From positions 137,364 to 201,363 of the forward strand of contig JAZDFF010000042.1 in assembly GCA_043808095.1 (NCBI GenBank): a stretch of DNA of 64,000 bases. The letters are read 5' to 3'. Each line of letters starts with the position of its first letter. Positions within the stretch are counted from its first letter, which is position 1. Below are positions 39,503 through 50,229 of the stretch, in pieces. The stretch comes from Candidatus Omnitrophota bacterium (lineage in GTDB: Bacteria > Omnitrophota > Gorgyraeia > JAZDFF01). The notes under the pieces are model-generated. The model ran no database searches. It saw only the letters and a list, made by a program, of their open reading frames with translations, and was not told the DNA's origin. The translations under genes were made by a program, and so were the position numbers.

Positions 39503-40611
39503 GATACCCGATTATCTGGTCTAGGAAACTTTACAATATCATAAAGGGCCTCTAATAATTTAGGGGTGGCCTTTTCATATGAGTAAGAATTTTCTGCCAT
39601 TTGACGGCCTCTTCTACCCATAGATACCCTTAAATTCTCATCTTCAATAAGGCGCGTTATGTACCCTAGCCACTCTTCTTTATTACTGGCCAAAAAACCA
39701 TTAACGCCCTGCTGGATCAACTCACTATTAATCCCTACAGGCGATGCCACGCAAGGAATGCCAACAGCCATGTATTGAAGCAATTTATATCCGCCTTTAC
39801 TTCTTGTCCATTCACTGTCGTCTAAAGGCATTATGCCGATATCAAAATTCTGTAAATCTGCCACCTCTGTATCAAGTGACCATTTTTTAGCGACAATATT
39901 ATCTACTTTTAGCTGAAAAGGGTTTGATTTCAAACCGACTAACTCAATCACTAGATGACTGTATTTTGCTTTAAGAATTTTAAATACTTCCGATAGCTGT
40001 TCTAAATAAACAGAGGTCGAAGGACTGCCGATCCAGCCCAAGACTACCTCATCTTTTTTAAAACCTTTTTCCCGGGGCATGTATCGCTGTGTATCAATCG
40101 GGCCGGTAATTAATAGGATATTTTTATTGAATTTATTAGCATATGCCTTTGTATATTCGTTCTCTAAGACTATGCATTTGCTGGATTTCAAGATATGTTC
40201 CAGTCGAGGTAAATACTTACCATTTCCGGAAAACGTGTTTTTTTTGCCGTTATTTACCTTGTCAAATAGATAAATGGCATCATCAAAATCAAAAACAATA
40301 TTATTGTTTAACTTAAAAATGAACTTCTGTAACCATACCGCAAGTAATACCCTCTGGATAAATAAAATGTCGCTCTCCCGAACTGAAAAAATAAATAAAA
40401 TAACTTTTAGGAAACTATAAAATTTAGCAAAAATTTTGCTTATCAAAGACTCACTTTGTTTACTGATTACTTTTCTGAATTGCCAGGAAGGTATTTGAGA
40501 AATTACCTTATATTCAATACCCCTACTTCTTAAGTATGGGAGGTATTGATATACCCTGCTGCGGCTACTTGCTACCTCCTCGTTTCCTATGGTAAAAAAC
40601 AGAATCTTCAT
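39499..40611 (-). CDS. Glycosyltransferase family 4 (paralog of 27137-28210)
   Basis: ASSRSRVYQ, FDFDDAIY, GWIGSPST, DIGIMPL, KGGYKLLQYMAVGIP. Confidence 0.9.
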   Translation of the reverse strand: MKILFFTIGNEEVASSRSRVYQYLPYLRSRGIEYKVISQIPSWQFRKVISKQSESLISKIFAKFYSFLKVILFIFSVRESDILFIQRVLLAVWLQKFIFKLNNNIVFDFDDAIYLFDKVNNGKKNTFSGNGKYLPRLEHILKSSKCIVLENEYTKAYANKFNKNILLITGPIDTQRYMPREKGFKKDEVVLGWIGSPSTSVYLEQLSEVFKILKAKYSHLVIELVGLKSNPFQLKVDNIVAKKWSLDTEVADLQNFDIGIMPLDDSEWTRSKGGYKLLQYMAVGIPCVASPVGINSELIQQGVNGFLASNKEEWLGYITRLIEDENLRVSMGRRGRQMAENSYSYEKATPKLLEALYDIVKFPRPDNRVS

Positions 40612-40648
40612 AATTCAATAATTGAAAATTTTACTCCTTGTGCCTTCT

Positions 40649-41473
40649 TTATGGAAAAAAGGACAAAATTACTGGCTTTCGAATCAATACAATTAAGTCT
40701 TCAGCAAAAATATCTCTGAGGTATGCGTTTTCACTAAGCAGCTCTGACAAAGAGTAATTAAATCTTTCAATCTTAGAATTGGCATCGTAATAGAACCTAA
40801 AATTAAGAAACCCGGCGGCTTTAATAATCTTCACCATTTTTATTTTTGTTAATAGGCCGATATGCTGAGGATTATTGCCTGTAGTATGAGGAATCAAGAC
40901 ATCAAAAGGATTTTTCAATTTTATAACTCTCATAATCATTTTGAATAATTTAGAAAATCGTAAATATTTCAAATTAGGCGTCTTGATAACAATAATGCCT
41001 CCCGGCTTCAATACTCTCTTCATTTCTTTAAGCACCGATATATTGTCTTCTTCGCACATATGTTCAAAGAAATCAGATGAAATGACTTTATCAAAAAAAT
41101 TATCGGCAAAACGTAATTTTCTTGCATCGCCCTCAATGGCCTGTCCTTTAAGTGAATATTTCTTTAAGTATATATTTACTTTTTCTATGTATTCTGAAGA
41201 AATGTCTACGCCATAGACTTCCGCTCCAAGCAGGCCGCAATACGTCATCATTGGCCCATCTGCGCAACCAACATCAAGTATTTTTTCGTCTTTTTTGACA
41301 TTTAATAAATGCAGGATATAATCTTTGTGTCTTATATAACCCATATCCCGATAGGCGCCTTTAAGATTATCTTCTCCTCCTTTAATATCATCGTTTCTGG
41401 CGTAAAAATAACCTTTTAACCAACCGTCTTCAGGATAGGAACTAAGTATCTCGTAGCCTTTAAATTTCGCCAT
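40649..41473 (-). CDS. Class I SAM-dependent methyltransferase
   Basis: ILDVGCADG, GVDIS, FADNFFD, FEH, RVLKPGG, TPN. Confidence 0.9.
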   Translation of the reverse strand: MAKFKGYEILSSYPEDGWLKGYFYARNDDIKGGEDNLKGAYRDMGYIRHKDYILHLLNVKKDEKILDVGCADGPMMTYCGLLGAEVYGVDISSEYIEKVNIYLKKYSLKGQAIEGDARKLRFADNFFDKVISSDFFEHMCEEDNISVLKEMKRVLKPGGIIVIKTPNLKYLRFSKLFKMIMRVIKLKNPFDVLIPHTTGNNPQHIGLLTKIKMVKIIKAAGFLNFRFYYDANSKIERFNYSLSELLSENAYLRDIFAEDLIVLIRKPVILSFFP

Positions 41474-41513
41474 CTCTACCTTTTGTTATGGCCTTTTATG
41501 CATATTGCGGCTA

Positions 41514-42620
41514 TCATTTAAATGACCTTACCGCCTCAATTATCTTATTCACTTCTTCTTCTTTTAAGTCAGTAAATAGAGGCAAGGTTACTATCTCTTT
41601 CCAGACATTTTCGGTTACGGGCACGTCGGCCTTGAAATTTTTATACATCGCATAATGATGGTTTGGGATATAATGGACCCCGGCTGCAATACCGTTATCT
41701 CTAAGATGCGCTATAAAACCGTCTCGGTCTTCAACTTTAACCACATAATTATGGTGGACGCATTTTGCATATTGTTTAACCACGGGAGTCTTAAGCCAAC
41801 TCAGGCCTTTAAATCCTTCATTATATTTCATCGAAATCCTTCGCCTTATGTCGTTAAGCCTGTCTAGTTTCTTAAGCTGTACGAGGCCTATGGCAGCATT
41901 AATATCGCTCATATGATATTTATAACCAAGTTCTACAACATCATAGTACCAAAAGTATTTCTCCGCCATCTCGGAACGGCTCCAGGTATCCTTGGTAATA
42001 CCTACCCATCTGAGCCTCCTGAGCCGGCGGTCAAACCCTTCGTTGTTGGTGGTAATCATTCCACCCTCACCGGTGGTTAAATTTTTTACAGCATGAAAAC
42101 TAAAACAGGCGATATCTCCCAATGACCCTAATTTCTTATGGTTATATTCACCGCCACAGGCATGGGCGACATCCTCAACTACCGCTATGCCCTTAGCTTT
42201 GGCAATATCAAGGATAGGAGCCATATCAACGGGGTGGCCACCATAGTGCATTACTATTATTGCCTTAGTATTGGGCGTAATCTTACGTATGATATCTTTA
42301 GGCTCCACCGTAAGGGTATCGGGACACACATCCGCGAAAACAGGGATACCGCGGTTATAGAGAATGGCGTGATTTGCTGAGATGAAGGTTAGCGAAGGTG
42401 TTATAACTTCTTTGCCCTCTATACCTGTTACCATCAAGGCTAAATGTAGGGCCGCGGAGCAGGAATTTGTCCCAATGGCAAATTTTACTCCTATGTAATC
42501 TCCGAAGGCATGCTCAAACTCCTCTGTCTTTGGCCCCAGACCGATCCAACCCGACTCAAATGCCTCTCTTACCGCATTTAATTCATCTTCTCCAATAGAA
42601 GGCTTAAACAGCGGGATCAT
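41514..42620 (-). CDS. DegT-family PLP sugar aminotransferase (PseC/SpsC/ArnB-like)
   Basis: NSCSAALHLAL, ED.AHA, FSFHAVKNLTTGEGG (Lys present), GYKYHM. Confidence 0.9.
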   Translation of the reverse strand: MIPLFKPSIGEDELNAVREAFESGWIGLGPKTEEFEHAFGDYIGVKFAIGTNSCSAALHLALMVTGIEGKEVITPSLTFISANHAILYNRGIPVFADVCPDTLTVEPKDIIRKITPNTKAIIVMHYGGHPVDMAPILDIAKAKGIAVVEDVAHACGGEYNHKKLGSLGDIACFSFHAVKNLTTGEGGMITTNNEGFDRRLRRLRWVGITKDTWSRSEMAEKYFWYYDVVELGYKYHMSDINAAIGLVQLKKLDRLNDIRRRISMKYNEGFKGLSWLKTPVVKQYAKCVHHNYVVKVEDRDGFIAHLRDNGIAAGVHYIPNHHYAMYKNFKADVPVTENVWKEIVTLPLFTDLKEEEVNKIIEAVRSFK

Positions 42621-43111
42621 TTTTTCACCTCAAGAATTACTTCCATGGCCCCTACAACATTAAAGAGATATCTCCTTAGATATTTCTTAAAGGGCAGCCA
42701 TTTAATAAGATTACTGTAGTGATATTTTATTCTTACAACCTTAAAATTTGTATTTATTTTGTAATCCGAGCCATACCAATCATCCTTGGAAAAATACCTG
42801 AATGTCTCTTCGGTAAAAAAGTTGCGATGCGTGGGATCTTTAAAGGCATTTATGGATGTATAGTAAGGCACAACAAATTCTACCTCTGCGCCGTTACGGC
42901 AGACCCGGTAAATCTCCTGGAAAAGAAATATCATGTCCTGGATGTGTTCAAATAAATAATTGGAATATATTTTATCTACACAGCCGCTTTTAATCGGCAG
43001 ACCTCTTTCTATATCGCAAACCAAATCAACACCGTCTAAATAAACTTTATCCAGGCCGATATGCCCGGCCCTTTTCCTGCTTCCGCATCCTAAGTCTAAG
43101 CAAATTTCCAT
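42617..43111 (-). CDS. Short class I SAM-dependent methyltransferase
   Basis: LDLGCG..K, GLD, D...GLP, FEH, EIYRV, VPY, DPTH. Confidence 0.8.
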   Translation of the reverse strand: MEICLDLGCGSRKRAGHIGLDKVYLDGVDLVCDIERGLPIKSGCVDKIYSNYLFEHIQDMIFLFQEIYRVCRNGAEVEFVVPYYTSINAFKDPTHRNFFTEETFRYFSKDDWYGSDYKINTNFKVVRIKYHYSNLIKWLPFKKYLRRYLFNVVGAMEVILEVKK

Positions 43112-43128
43112 ATCCCCCTCTGGTATGT

Positions 43129-45261
43129 TTAATGTTTTACCTTATAGAGCGTAACGTCCTCATTTGAAAAAACCGGCTTAAGAATAGCGTATTTATCAAA
43201 TTTTAAAACCTGTCCCCTGGAGACCCAAACGTAATTTACTCCATATAGTTCTAATATAGAACTGGCCCGGTCTTTATCACTGGTTGAGAAAAAAGTTTCT
43301 ATATCCGAAATTCGTCTCTCTAAGCCATTATAGAAATCAGGGATATATCTGCCTCCGGCAATATGCCAGGAACATTCCAGCACAAATCTTCGTTGAGCTA
43401 AGCCGGAAAAAAAAGCATCCCTATCTCCTTCGCCTTCGCGGATTTTTTTCCTGCTTGACTCTGAAAACCAAGGCCTGGCGGAAATCTTATGTAAAATAAC
43501 GCTGTCAAATTTTGTCTTCTCTCTTAGATAATTAATAGCCACTAACTCGTCATTATTCACTAATTTATATTTAACATTCTTGGGTAAGTATTTTAAAAGA
43601 TGGATTGGAATAGCGCCACAGCCAATAAAAAATATAACTAATAAAAACGCTATTTGCTTTATCGGCTTTTCTGATTTTCTAAAACGGTGATATATTTCCA
43701 CAGCAAAGAAAATGTTAATTATTATAATAAAAAGAAAATAAAAATTTCCGGTGCCAGAGCCGATTGCTGTAACGGTATTGAGGGTAAATGTATGGGTATA
43801 AAGAAATGAGAAGAAAAGACAGGCCAAAAACAGTAAGAAAACCCAGGATAAATTTTTCCATGACCTAAAATACTTATAAACTCTTGGTATAATAACAATT
43901 CTAATTCCTATATTTCCGATGAGAAAGATTATAAAGGCAAACAAAAGTAGCAGTGGACTTGATTTCCAAAATGTATTCGCCTCACTAGAACCAATTAATC
44001 CTAATTCATTAAGTTTAATACTAGTCAAATAGGCTGGTGAAAATTTAAAAATCGAAGATGCAGTTTTAGATAATGTTTTTGAAATTAACAAAGTTGATAA
44101 TATAAAGTTTATCAATAAAATCTCTAAGAAAATCTTGTCCTTACTAGAAAAATATTTTAGAAGAAGTATTAAAATTAATGCTGAAAAAACAACCACTCCC
44201 ATAAATGCTTTATAATAAAAAAGGAGAGCAAAAAAGAAGGCACTAATCAGAATTACCGACCTCTTTCTTGTCCTTTCTGCCAAAGCCCAAAAGTATAGCC
44301 CTGAGAAAAATGCTAGAAGACCACTAATAAAAGGCGGATTAAAAAATATTGTTGATCCAAAAATATCGCCTGAAAGAAGTATTGTCGGTAAGTTAAAACC
44401 GGGGATTATCCTACGCATTAATGGAATAACCCAATCCAGGCCTCCCATAAAAAAAACAGAAAATGTTGCCATGCAGGCGATTTTTCGGTTTTCCAATACA
44501 CGCCGCATAGTTATATAACAAATAAGCACCAAAAGCGGAAAAATAAATAGCGGTCGTAATTTTAAAAATAAAGTCATTAAATCAAATTTTCCAAATCGAA
44601 GCAAAATTGCCAGCCATAAAAAGCTTCCGGAATGATAACCTTTAAAGGGAGCGTTGGCCCAAAACGGAAACTGATGTGGAAATGGATGAGCTAGTTCGCC
44701 AATTTGAGACATTTGGGCAATAGAATCGTAGGCGTTGTTATCATAGAAATGTAATCCATCAGGATAGATCATGGTGCTGGGATAAAAAAGAAATATAGCT
44801 ACCCCCACAAAGAATGCGAGTATAATCACTAAATAAAGTGAGACCGTATCAAGTTTTATATTAAGAATGGCGCCATTGTTAAATAATGGCGTGTGTACCA
44901 AATCTTTTATCCGATAAATCAAAAAAACCAACCCTACTGCTAAAAAGAGATAAGGAAACAGCGAATCAATTGTTAATGCCCCTAATAGCGTATAAATCTC
45001 TGAAGCGAAGAAAAGTCCGGTAGATAGTGATAAAACAAAACTATCCAGCCCGGATAGATTTAATTTTAAAAATCTAATTATAATTTTACCGGGTATATAA
45101 AAAAATATTACGACCAGTAAAATAAACTTATAAACAGTCGTTAAATCATCGAACCAGACTTTAAACAAAGCAGAAAACAGAAATAATATTACCCCAAATC
45201 CAAAAAGCACCCCTTTATAATTAAATGTTCTTTCTCTTTTTAAAATTGAAATTTTTAACAT
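43129..45261 (-). CDS. Large polytopic membrane protein, GT-C-like, with C-terminal periplasmic domain
   Basis: About 14 hydrophobic segments; YDS..Q...I.EL...FP..FPF....YH loop; C-terminal AINYLREKT...YGVNYVW...FSN.DVTLYKV. Confidence 0.62.
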   Translation of the reverse strand: MLKISILKRERTFNYKGVLFGFGVILFLFSALFKVWFDDLTTVYKFILLVVIFFYIPGKIIIRFLKLNLSGLDSFVLSLSTGLFFASEIYTLLGALTIDSLFPYLFLAVGLVFLIYRIKDLVHTPLFNNGAILNIKLDTVSLYLVIILAFFVGVAIFLFYPSTMIYPDGLHFYDNNAYDSIAQMSQIGELAHPFPHQFPFWANAPFKGYHSGSFLWLAILLRFGKFDLMTLFLKLRPLFIFPLLVLICYITMRRVLENRKIACMATFSVFFMGGLDWVIPLMRRIIPGFNLPTILLSGDIFGSTIFFNPPFISGLLAFFSGLYFWALAERTRKRSVILISAFFFALLFYYKAFMGVVVFSALILILLLKYFSSKDKIFLEILLINFILSTLLISKTLSKTASSIFKFSPAYLTSIKLNELGLIGSSEANTFWKSSPLLLLFAFIIFLIGNIGIRIVIIPRVYKYFRSWKNLSWVFLLFLACLFFSFLYTHTFTLNTVTAIGSGTGNFYFLFIIIINIFFAVEIYHRFRKSEKPIKQIAFLLVIFFIGCGAIPIHLLKYLPKNVKYKLVNNDELVAINYLREKTKFDSVILHKISARPWFSESSRKKIREGEGDRDAFFSGLAQRRFVLECSWHIAGGRYIPDFYNGLERRISDIETFFSTSDKDRASSILELYGVNYVWVSRGQVLKFDKYAILKPVFSNEDVTLYKVKH

Positions 45262-45285
45262 TCTATTTATGCTGATTCATAAATC

Positions 45286-46794
45286 TTATTCGGATGTTTT
45301 GTCTATTATGCCTCGGGTTAGTTTATACAATGTTATTTCTATAGGGAAAGAATAAAAATTAAACGAAAGTCTTATCCTGGCTAAGCGCTGAAAAATCCTA
45401 AATACGAATTTAACTAAAATAGCAAATCTCTTTTCTTTTATTTTTTCGCGTGTTGCCTGCGATGGATAGGCAAGCTGAAAATAGAAAAAGGCGACATCGC
45501 GGATTAGCCTTCTATATCTATCATCAAGCCACGGCGTCTTTACATCTCTTAAGGTATGTTTTGACCACTCGAGTAAACTCTTTGGCTCTTTCATCCCGTT
45601 TTTAAGTGCCATTTCATAAAGATCAGTTCCGGGGTATGGCGTGTACAGAAATAGCTTAAACTCAGTTTCTGGGTAAAATCGTTTTAACTTTAATGCCAAT
45701 TTTATAGTCATATGTAAATCTCTTCTGGGTGACATTGGGAAACCAGCCATCGTTGAAAGGATCGGCGATATTCCATGTCTTTTTGCTTTTTTTACAAACT
45801 CGATCGTATCTTGCACGGTAGAATCTTTGTGAACCAAATCAAGAATGGCCTGTTCTCCAGATTCAGCTCCGGTAAGAATCCTACTGCAGCCGCTTTCTTT
45901 TAATAATTCATAAAAATCATCATCAAATTTAGCCAATTGTCTGGGATGGCCTAGAGTATCCCATTTTATCCCTAACTTGTTTTTAATAAAACCGCGGCAG
46001 ATCTCTTCTACCCTCTTTTTGTCCACTAAGAAATTATTATCCTCGCAATAAATCCCCTCAAGATTATATGTCTTTACTAAAAAAGTCACCTCTTGTATTA
46101 CGCGCTCTGATTTTAATCCAAACCATCGACGATTGTATACCATCTTATCAACGCAAAATCCGCACGCATATGGACAACCCTGGGTAGATAGATAACTCAT
46201 CGTCCTCAATTTTGAAACAGGATGGATGCCTACATAGTTTTCTAAATTTACCAAATTAAATGTATAGGGAGGAAAATTATTAATATCTTCAAGGGGGCGC
46301 GCCGGGTTTTTAACTAAATTACCGTCAACTTTAAATGCTGTGCCCAAGAGCCCATCTAAGGACGAGCCTTGCTTAAGTCTTTCTACCAGTTCGGCAAACG
46401 TCCTTTCTCCCTGCCCGTAAACCACAATATCTACATAGGGATTTTCCAATGTTTGTTCGGGAAAAATTGAAGGATGCCATCCGCCCCAAACAATAGGTAA
46501 ATCAGGATAACTTTCTTTAACTACCTTAGCTATGTCCAGCCCTCCTTTTATCTGACTGCCGGTAAAAGCACTAATCCCAAAACATATAGCCCTATCCAAG
46601 GAAGATAGAACTTTCTTCTGAATACCCTGCTCAACGCGTTCATCAAATATCATAACCTCAACATTATTCTCAAGTAACAAGCCGGATATAGATATTACGG
46701 AAAAAGGAGTTCTATGCCAAGTCGTATCGGGCAATAAGGGATCAGGGAAAAATAAAACTACTCTATTTTTGCCAACAATTTGCTTTCCTGACAT
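45286..46794 (-). CDS. B12-binding domain radical SAM enzyme (#5)
   Basis: VWGGWHPS, GQGE, QGCPYACGFC, EDNNF, GAESG, YTPYPGT. Confidence 0.92.
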   Translation of the reverse strand: MSGKQIVGKNRVVLFFPDPLLPDTTWHRTPFSVISISGLLLENNVEVMIFDERVEQGIQKKVLSSLDRAICFGISAFTGSQIKGGLDIAKVVKESYPDLPIVWGGWHPSIFPEQTLENPYVDIVVYGQGERTFAELVERLKQGSSLDGLLGTAFKVDGNLVKNPARPLEDINNFPPYTFNLVNLENYVGIHPVSKLRTMSYLSTQGCPYACGFCVDKMVYNRRWFGLKSERVIQEVTFLVKTYNLEGIYCEDNNFLVDKKRVEEICRGFIKNKLGIKWDTLGHPRQLAKFDDDFYELLKESGCSRILTGAESGEQAILDLVHKDSTVQDTIEFVKKAKRHGISPILSTMAGFPMSPRRDLHMTIKLALKLKRFYPETEFKLFLYTPYPGTDLYEMALKNGMKEPKSLLEWSKHTLRDVKTPWLDDRYRRLIRDVAFFYFQLAYPSQATREKIKEKRFAILVKFVFRIFQRLARIRLSFNFYSFPIEITLYKLTRGIIDKTSE

Positions 46795-46820
46795 ATTAAC
46801 TAAACCGTCTCCTTTATTCT

Positions 46821-48734
46821 TTATTTAACAAAATTGGTGGCTGACATTGTATTGATTAACTCAACAATTCGCTGCGAAGAACACCCATCTAATTTACCTG
46901 CATAATATGCAACAAGTTTTTTTCTATTTGATACCAATTCTTCTTTAAGTTTTGCATTTTCCAAAAGCCCTTCTATCGCGGGAGCTATATCTTCGGCCTT
47001 ATATACACCTAAGGCCGCTCCTCGTTCAGCAAATGGAAGGGCGTCTTTCCTTTTGGTTAAGTTTATGGTAATTAATGGCTTATCGAGAATCATTGCCTCC
47101 AAACCAACTGTAGAGTTAACTGTCATCAAAAGGATGCTAGCCCTAATCAAGGCAAAAATATCTATATCCCTAACAAGAATGAAATTTTCGGAACCTATCT
47201 TTTTTATCAACCTTTCATATATCGAGTAATCTTCAAAGGGATGAAGCTTTACAACCAGTTTTATATTATTAGGTATTTTTTTAATAGAAGCTATAACGCT
47301 TCTCAATAAGACCTCGTTTTCATCTTCTGTTCTATAAGAAGAAAACTTCGTAATGGGTTGTGTAGCTAAAATAATAAATTTTTTTTTAGGATCTAGGCCT
47401 AATTTTTTATAAATTATTTTTCTTTCTGACTCTTGGCTTTTAGAGTAAATTCTATCGTATTTAGGGCTACCAGTGATTGCCAATTTGTTAGTAGGATTCC
47501 CTAGAGAGATATAACGATCAAAGTCTGCCTGACCCCAAACCGCTGTCTTAGTACAAAATAAGATATCATGACCATTATTTTCTGAAAGTACCCCATGGGT
47601 AATATACAAAGTAGGAATATTTAATTCCCGCGCAGCCATTATAATAGTTTTTTCTATTTCCCTGCCATCGGCTCTTAACACAATCGATTTAATTGACCTA
47701 TCTTTAGAAAATTGTTTTAACTGAGCAATGATATTTAAGATACGCGGAAATCTTTCTTTAAAAAATTGTGAAAGCGCCCCCTCCACTAAACCCCAAATTG
47801 GAATATCCTTATATATAAACCTATCCTTAAAAGACGAATTTCGAGATAACTCTTCCCATTTTACGAAAAATTTATTTACTTGTTCCTTTAGTCTCCTCTT
47901 CATTCTACCAGAGGCAGGAATATTGAAAGAGATATATGTCTTCTTTCTTTTAAGACTATATATTCTATTAGCTAAACCTTTCCCTATAGGACAGAATATA
48001 AAATTCTCCAATCGATGGTGTCCTGTCAAAAGAAGATACGCCCGGGGATCAATCAGGATAAAATTATTTAACTTTGCCCTCATAAGAAATAATTGAACTA
48101 ATGGATCAATCAGAAAAAAATAAAAAATATCCGAAAATCTATCCCTAACTCTTCTTTTAAGAAATATTAATGAGTGGAATATGGGTCTATTTACTAAAGA
48201 TAAGATTGGGATATTATTAATCTGACCAGTGATCTTGGCAGCGTCGCACAATTCTTCGGTATCTTCAATGGTTATGATCTTATCAGGTTTTTCCAGACTA
48301 ACAACTCTGTTTATCACTTCCAGATACTTCAGCCGGCAAATCAAAAACCATTGAAAATTGAATTCGGTTAGGCACCCTAAGTGAATATTCTCGTATTCAG
48401 TTATATTTTTTCCATCCTCACCTCTAACTAAATACCAAGTCCGAGTTAAATTTAAGGCATATTCGTCAATATATTTATAGTCTTGGCCCTGAAGATAATC
48501 TTCGGATAATCCCAGGTTGAAATTTAATCCTTGAAAATAAACCGGAACCTTTGAGTTAAAACATATAATTATAAACTTTCCCTTGAATTCTTGTTCAATC
48601 TCCTCAATCAATAATGCTAACTTGTCTAAATTCTCCTGCATTTTAATAAAGAAAACCGTCTTCTGTGAATCCGAAGAAAGAAATTGTAAAATCTTGTGTT
48701 TCCAATTTTCAAAAGGAAAGTATTTATTTTGCAT
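46821..48734 (-). CDS. GT-B fold protein of the CDP-glycerol glycerophosphotransferase/capsule-synthesis type; candidate nonulosonate transferase
   Basis: C-half THG...AVWG...ITGSPKYD, VKLHPFE, STVGLEAMILDKP, DG.SS.RI; lies two genes from the NeuB homolog. Confidence 0.62.
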   Translation of the reverse strand: MQNKYFPFENWKHKILQFLSSDSQKTVFFIKMQENLDKLALLIEEIEQEFKGKFIIICFNSKVPVYFQGLNFNLGLSEDYLQGQDYKYIDEYALNLTRTWYLVRGEDGKNITEYENIHLGCLTEFNFQWFLICRLKYLEVINRVVSLEKPDKIITIEDTEELCDAAKITGQINNIPILSLVNRPIFHSLIFLKRRVRDRFSDIFYFFLIDPLVQLFLMRAKLNNFILIDPRAYLLLTGHHRLENFIFCPIGKGLANRIYSLKRKKTYISFNIPASGRMKRRLKEQVNKFFVKWEELSRNSSFKDRFIYKDIPIWGLVEGALSQFFKERFPRILNIIAQLKQFSKDRSIKSIVLRADGREIEKTIIMAARELNIPTLYITHGVLSENNGHDILFCTKTAVWGQADFDRYISLGNPTNKLAITGSPKYDRIYSKSQESERKIIYKKLGLDPKKKFIILATQPITKFSSYRTEDENEVLLRSVIASIKKIPNNIKLVVKLHPFEDYSIYERLIKKIGSENFILVRDIDIFALIRASILLMTVNSTVGLEAMILDKPLITINLTKRKDALPFAERGAALGVYKAEDIAPAIEGLLENAKLKEELVSNRKKLVAYYAGKLDGCSSQRIVELINTMSATNFVK

Positions 48735-50229
48735 TCAAATTTGATTTTTCTTTTACCATTTGTAATACGGTGTCAAATATCATAGTCCTTTTATTAAGAT
48801 AGAATAACAATGGTAAACATGCCGTTAAAAAAATAAGCATTTGTAAAAGAAGGCAAATAAGATCAAGCTTTAAATTCTGGAAAGTATTTCTGAAAATTAA
48901 ATTAATAATTATTAAAACACTAGTTGTCCAAACAAAAGGTGCATACAAAATGAAAAGAAATTTCAGGTGCTCCTTTAAGATGCGTGTATAATTACTAAAG
49001 GCAGCGGCGATTAAAGCCAGGCTATAGACAAAATAGGTTAGTGCTGTTGCTAATGCTACTCCGGTTAGACCCAAATTAAAAATCTTTAATAAACTGTAAT
49101 TTAATATTACGCTTATTAAAACAACGCTTGCCCCAATGATTACGATAAACTTCTGTTTATTTAGTGCTGTCAGGAGATACCCTGACATATTGGTAACGGA
49201 GATGAAAAATGTCCCAAGCATCAATATGATAGCTGGCAAGAGCCCTGGTAAATATTTTGGCAGTATATAATGGAGGATTAAAGGCAATACTAATACAGCC
49301 AAACCAACAAAAATTGGGAATAAATATGCGAAGGCCAGAGTAGGATACTCATAATAGTTTTTTATATCTTGAATATTGCCCATTCTTCCGAAAGCCTCAT
49401 AGAAGTTAGGAAATAACACAGCATAAATTAAATTTGGTAACTGAAAAACATAACCGTGCATCATCGTGGCGATACTATAATATCCTAAATTTGTTCTGTC
49501 TAAAAAACCAATTATCATAAATCTATCTACGCTTCTCAATAACATAAAAATAAATCCACTTAAAAGTAAAGGGAAACCAATTTTTATAAGTCTTTTTACT
49601 TCCGTTAAAGGAAATGGAATTTTTAGTTTAAACTGATATCCGCTTGAACTATAAAGATAGGCCAATCTGGCCAAACCAATTAATACAAGGGCTACGAGTA
49701 AACCGTAAAACCCAAATTTCAATAATAAAACAGTAGAAAAAATCAGATTAACCACGCCCATAATTAAAATATATTTAGTCAATAAATCAAATTTATGATG
49801 CGTACGAATCACGACAACATAGAAAGAAATAAAAGCATGTACTATGTTCAAGAATGCGATTATACGAATTCCATTTATAATCATGGATTCATGCATTCCA
49901 TGCATAAAGAACGAATATAATATCAAAATTACCCCAAAGACCAATGAACTAAACATACAGAAACTGAAACCCACGTTACTGATTTCCTTTACCCGGGCAT
50001 AATCCTTTTTACCATTTAAAATTGGGATTTCCCTATCTAGGGCATCTAATACACCCAAATTGTGATTCTTGCCATATTCAAACAATAACATCAATTCCAT
50101 AAATATGCCCATCGTCGCTGGACCAAGGATACGACGTATTATTATTCCTGTAATAAAATCAAGGAAATTGGAGATGTAATTTCCAGCGCTAAACTTTATA
50201 GCATTTTTGATTATCTTTTTTCTACTCAC
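48724..50229 (-). CDS. wzx: Wzx flippase
   Basis: RRILGP..MG, IGFPL, SVDRFMI..FL...LGYYSIA, GLTGVALAT; multi-TM. Confidence 0.88.
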   Translation of the reverse strand: MSRKKIIKNAIKFSAGNYISNFLDFITGIIIRRILGPATMGIFMELMLLFEYGKNHNLGVLDALDREIPILNGKKDYARVKEISNVGFSFCMFSSLVFGVILILYSFFMHGMHESMIINGIRIIAFLNIVHAFISFYVVVIRTHHKFDLLTKYILIMGVVNLIFSTVLLLKFGFYGLLVALVLIGLARLAYLYSSSGYQFKLKIPFPLTEVKRLIKIGFPLLLSGFIFMLLRSVDRFMIIGFLDRTNLGYYSIATMMHGYVFQLPNLIYAVLFPNFYEAFGRMGNIQDIKNYYEYPTLAFAYLFPIFVGLAVLVLPLILHYILPKYLPGLLPAIILMLGTFFISVTNMSGYLLTALNKQKFIVIIGASVVLISVILNYSLLKIFNLGLTGVALATALTYFVYSLALIAAAFSNYTRILKEHLKFLFILYAPFVWTTSVLIIINLIFRNTFQNLKLDLICLLLQMLIFLTACLPLLFYLNKRTMIFDTVLQMVKEKSNLNAK

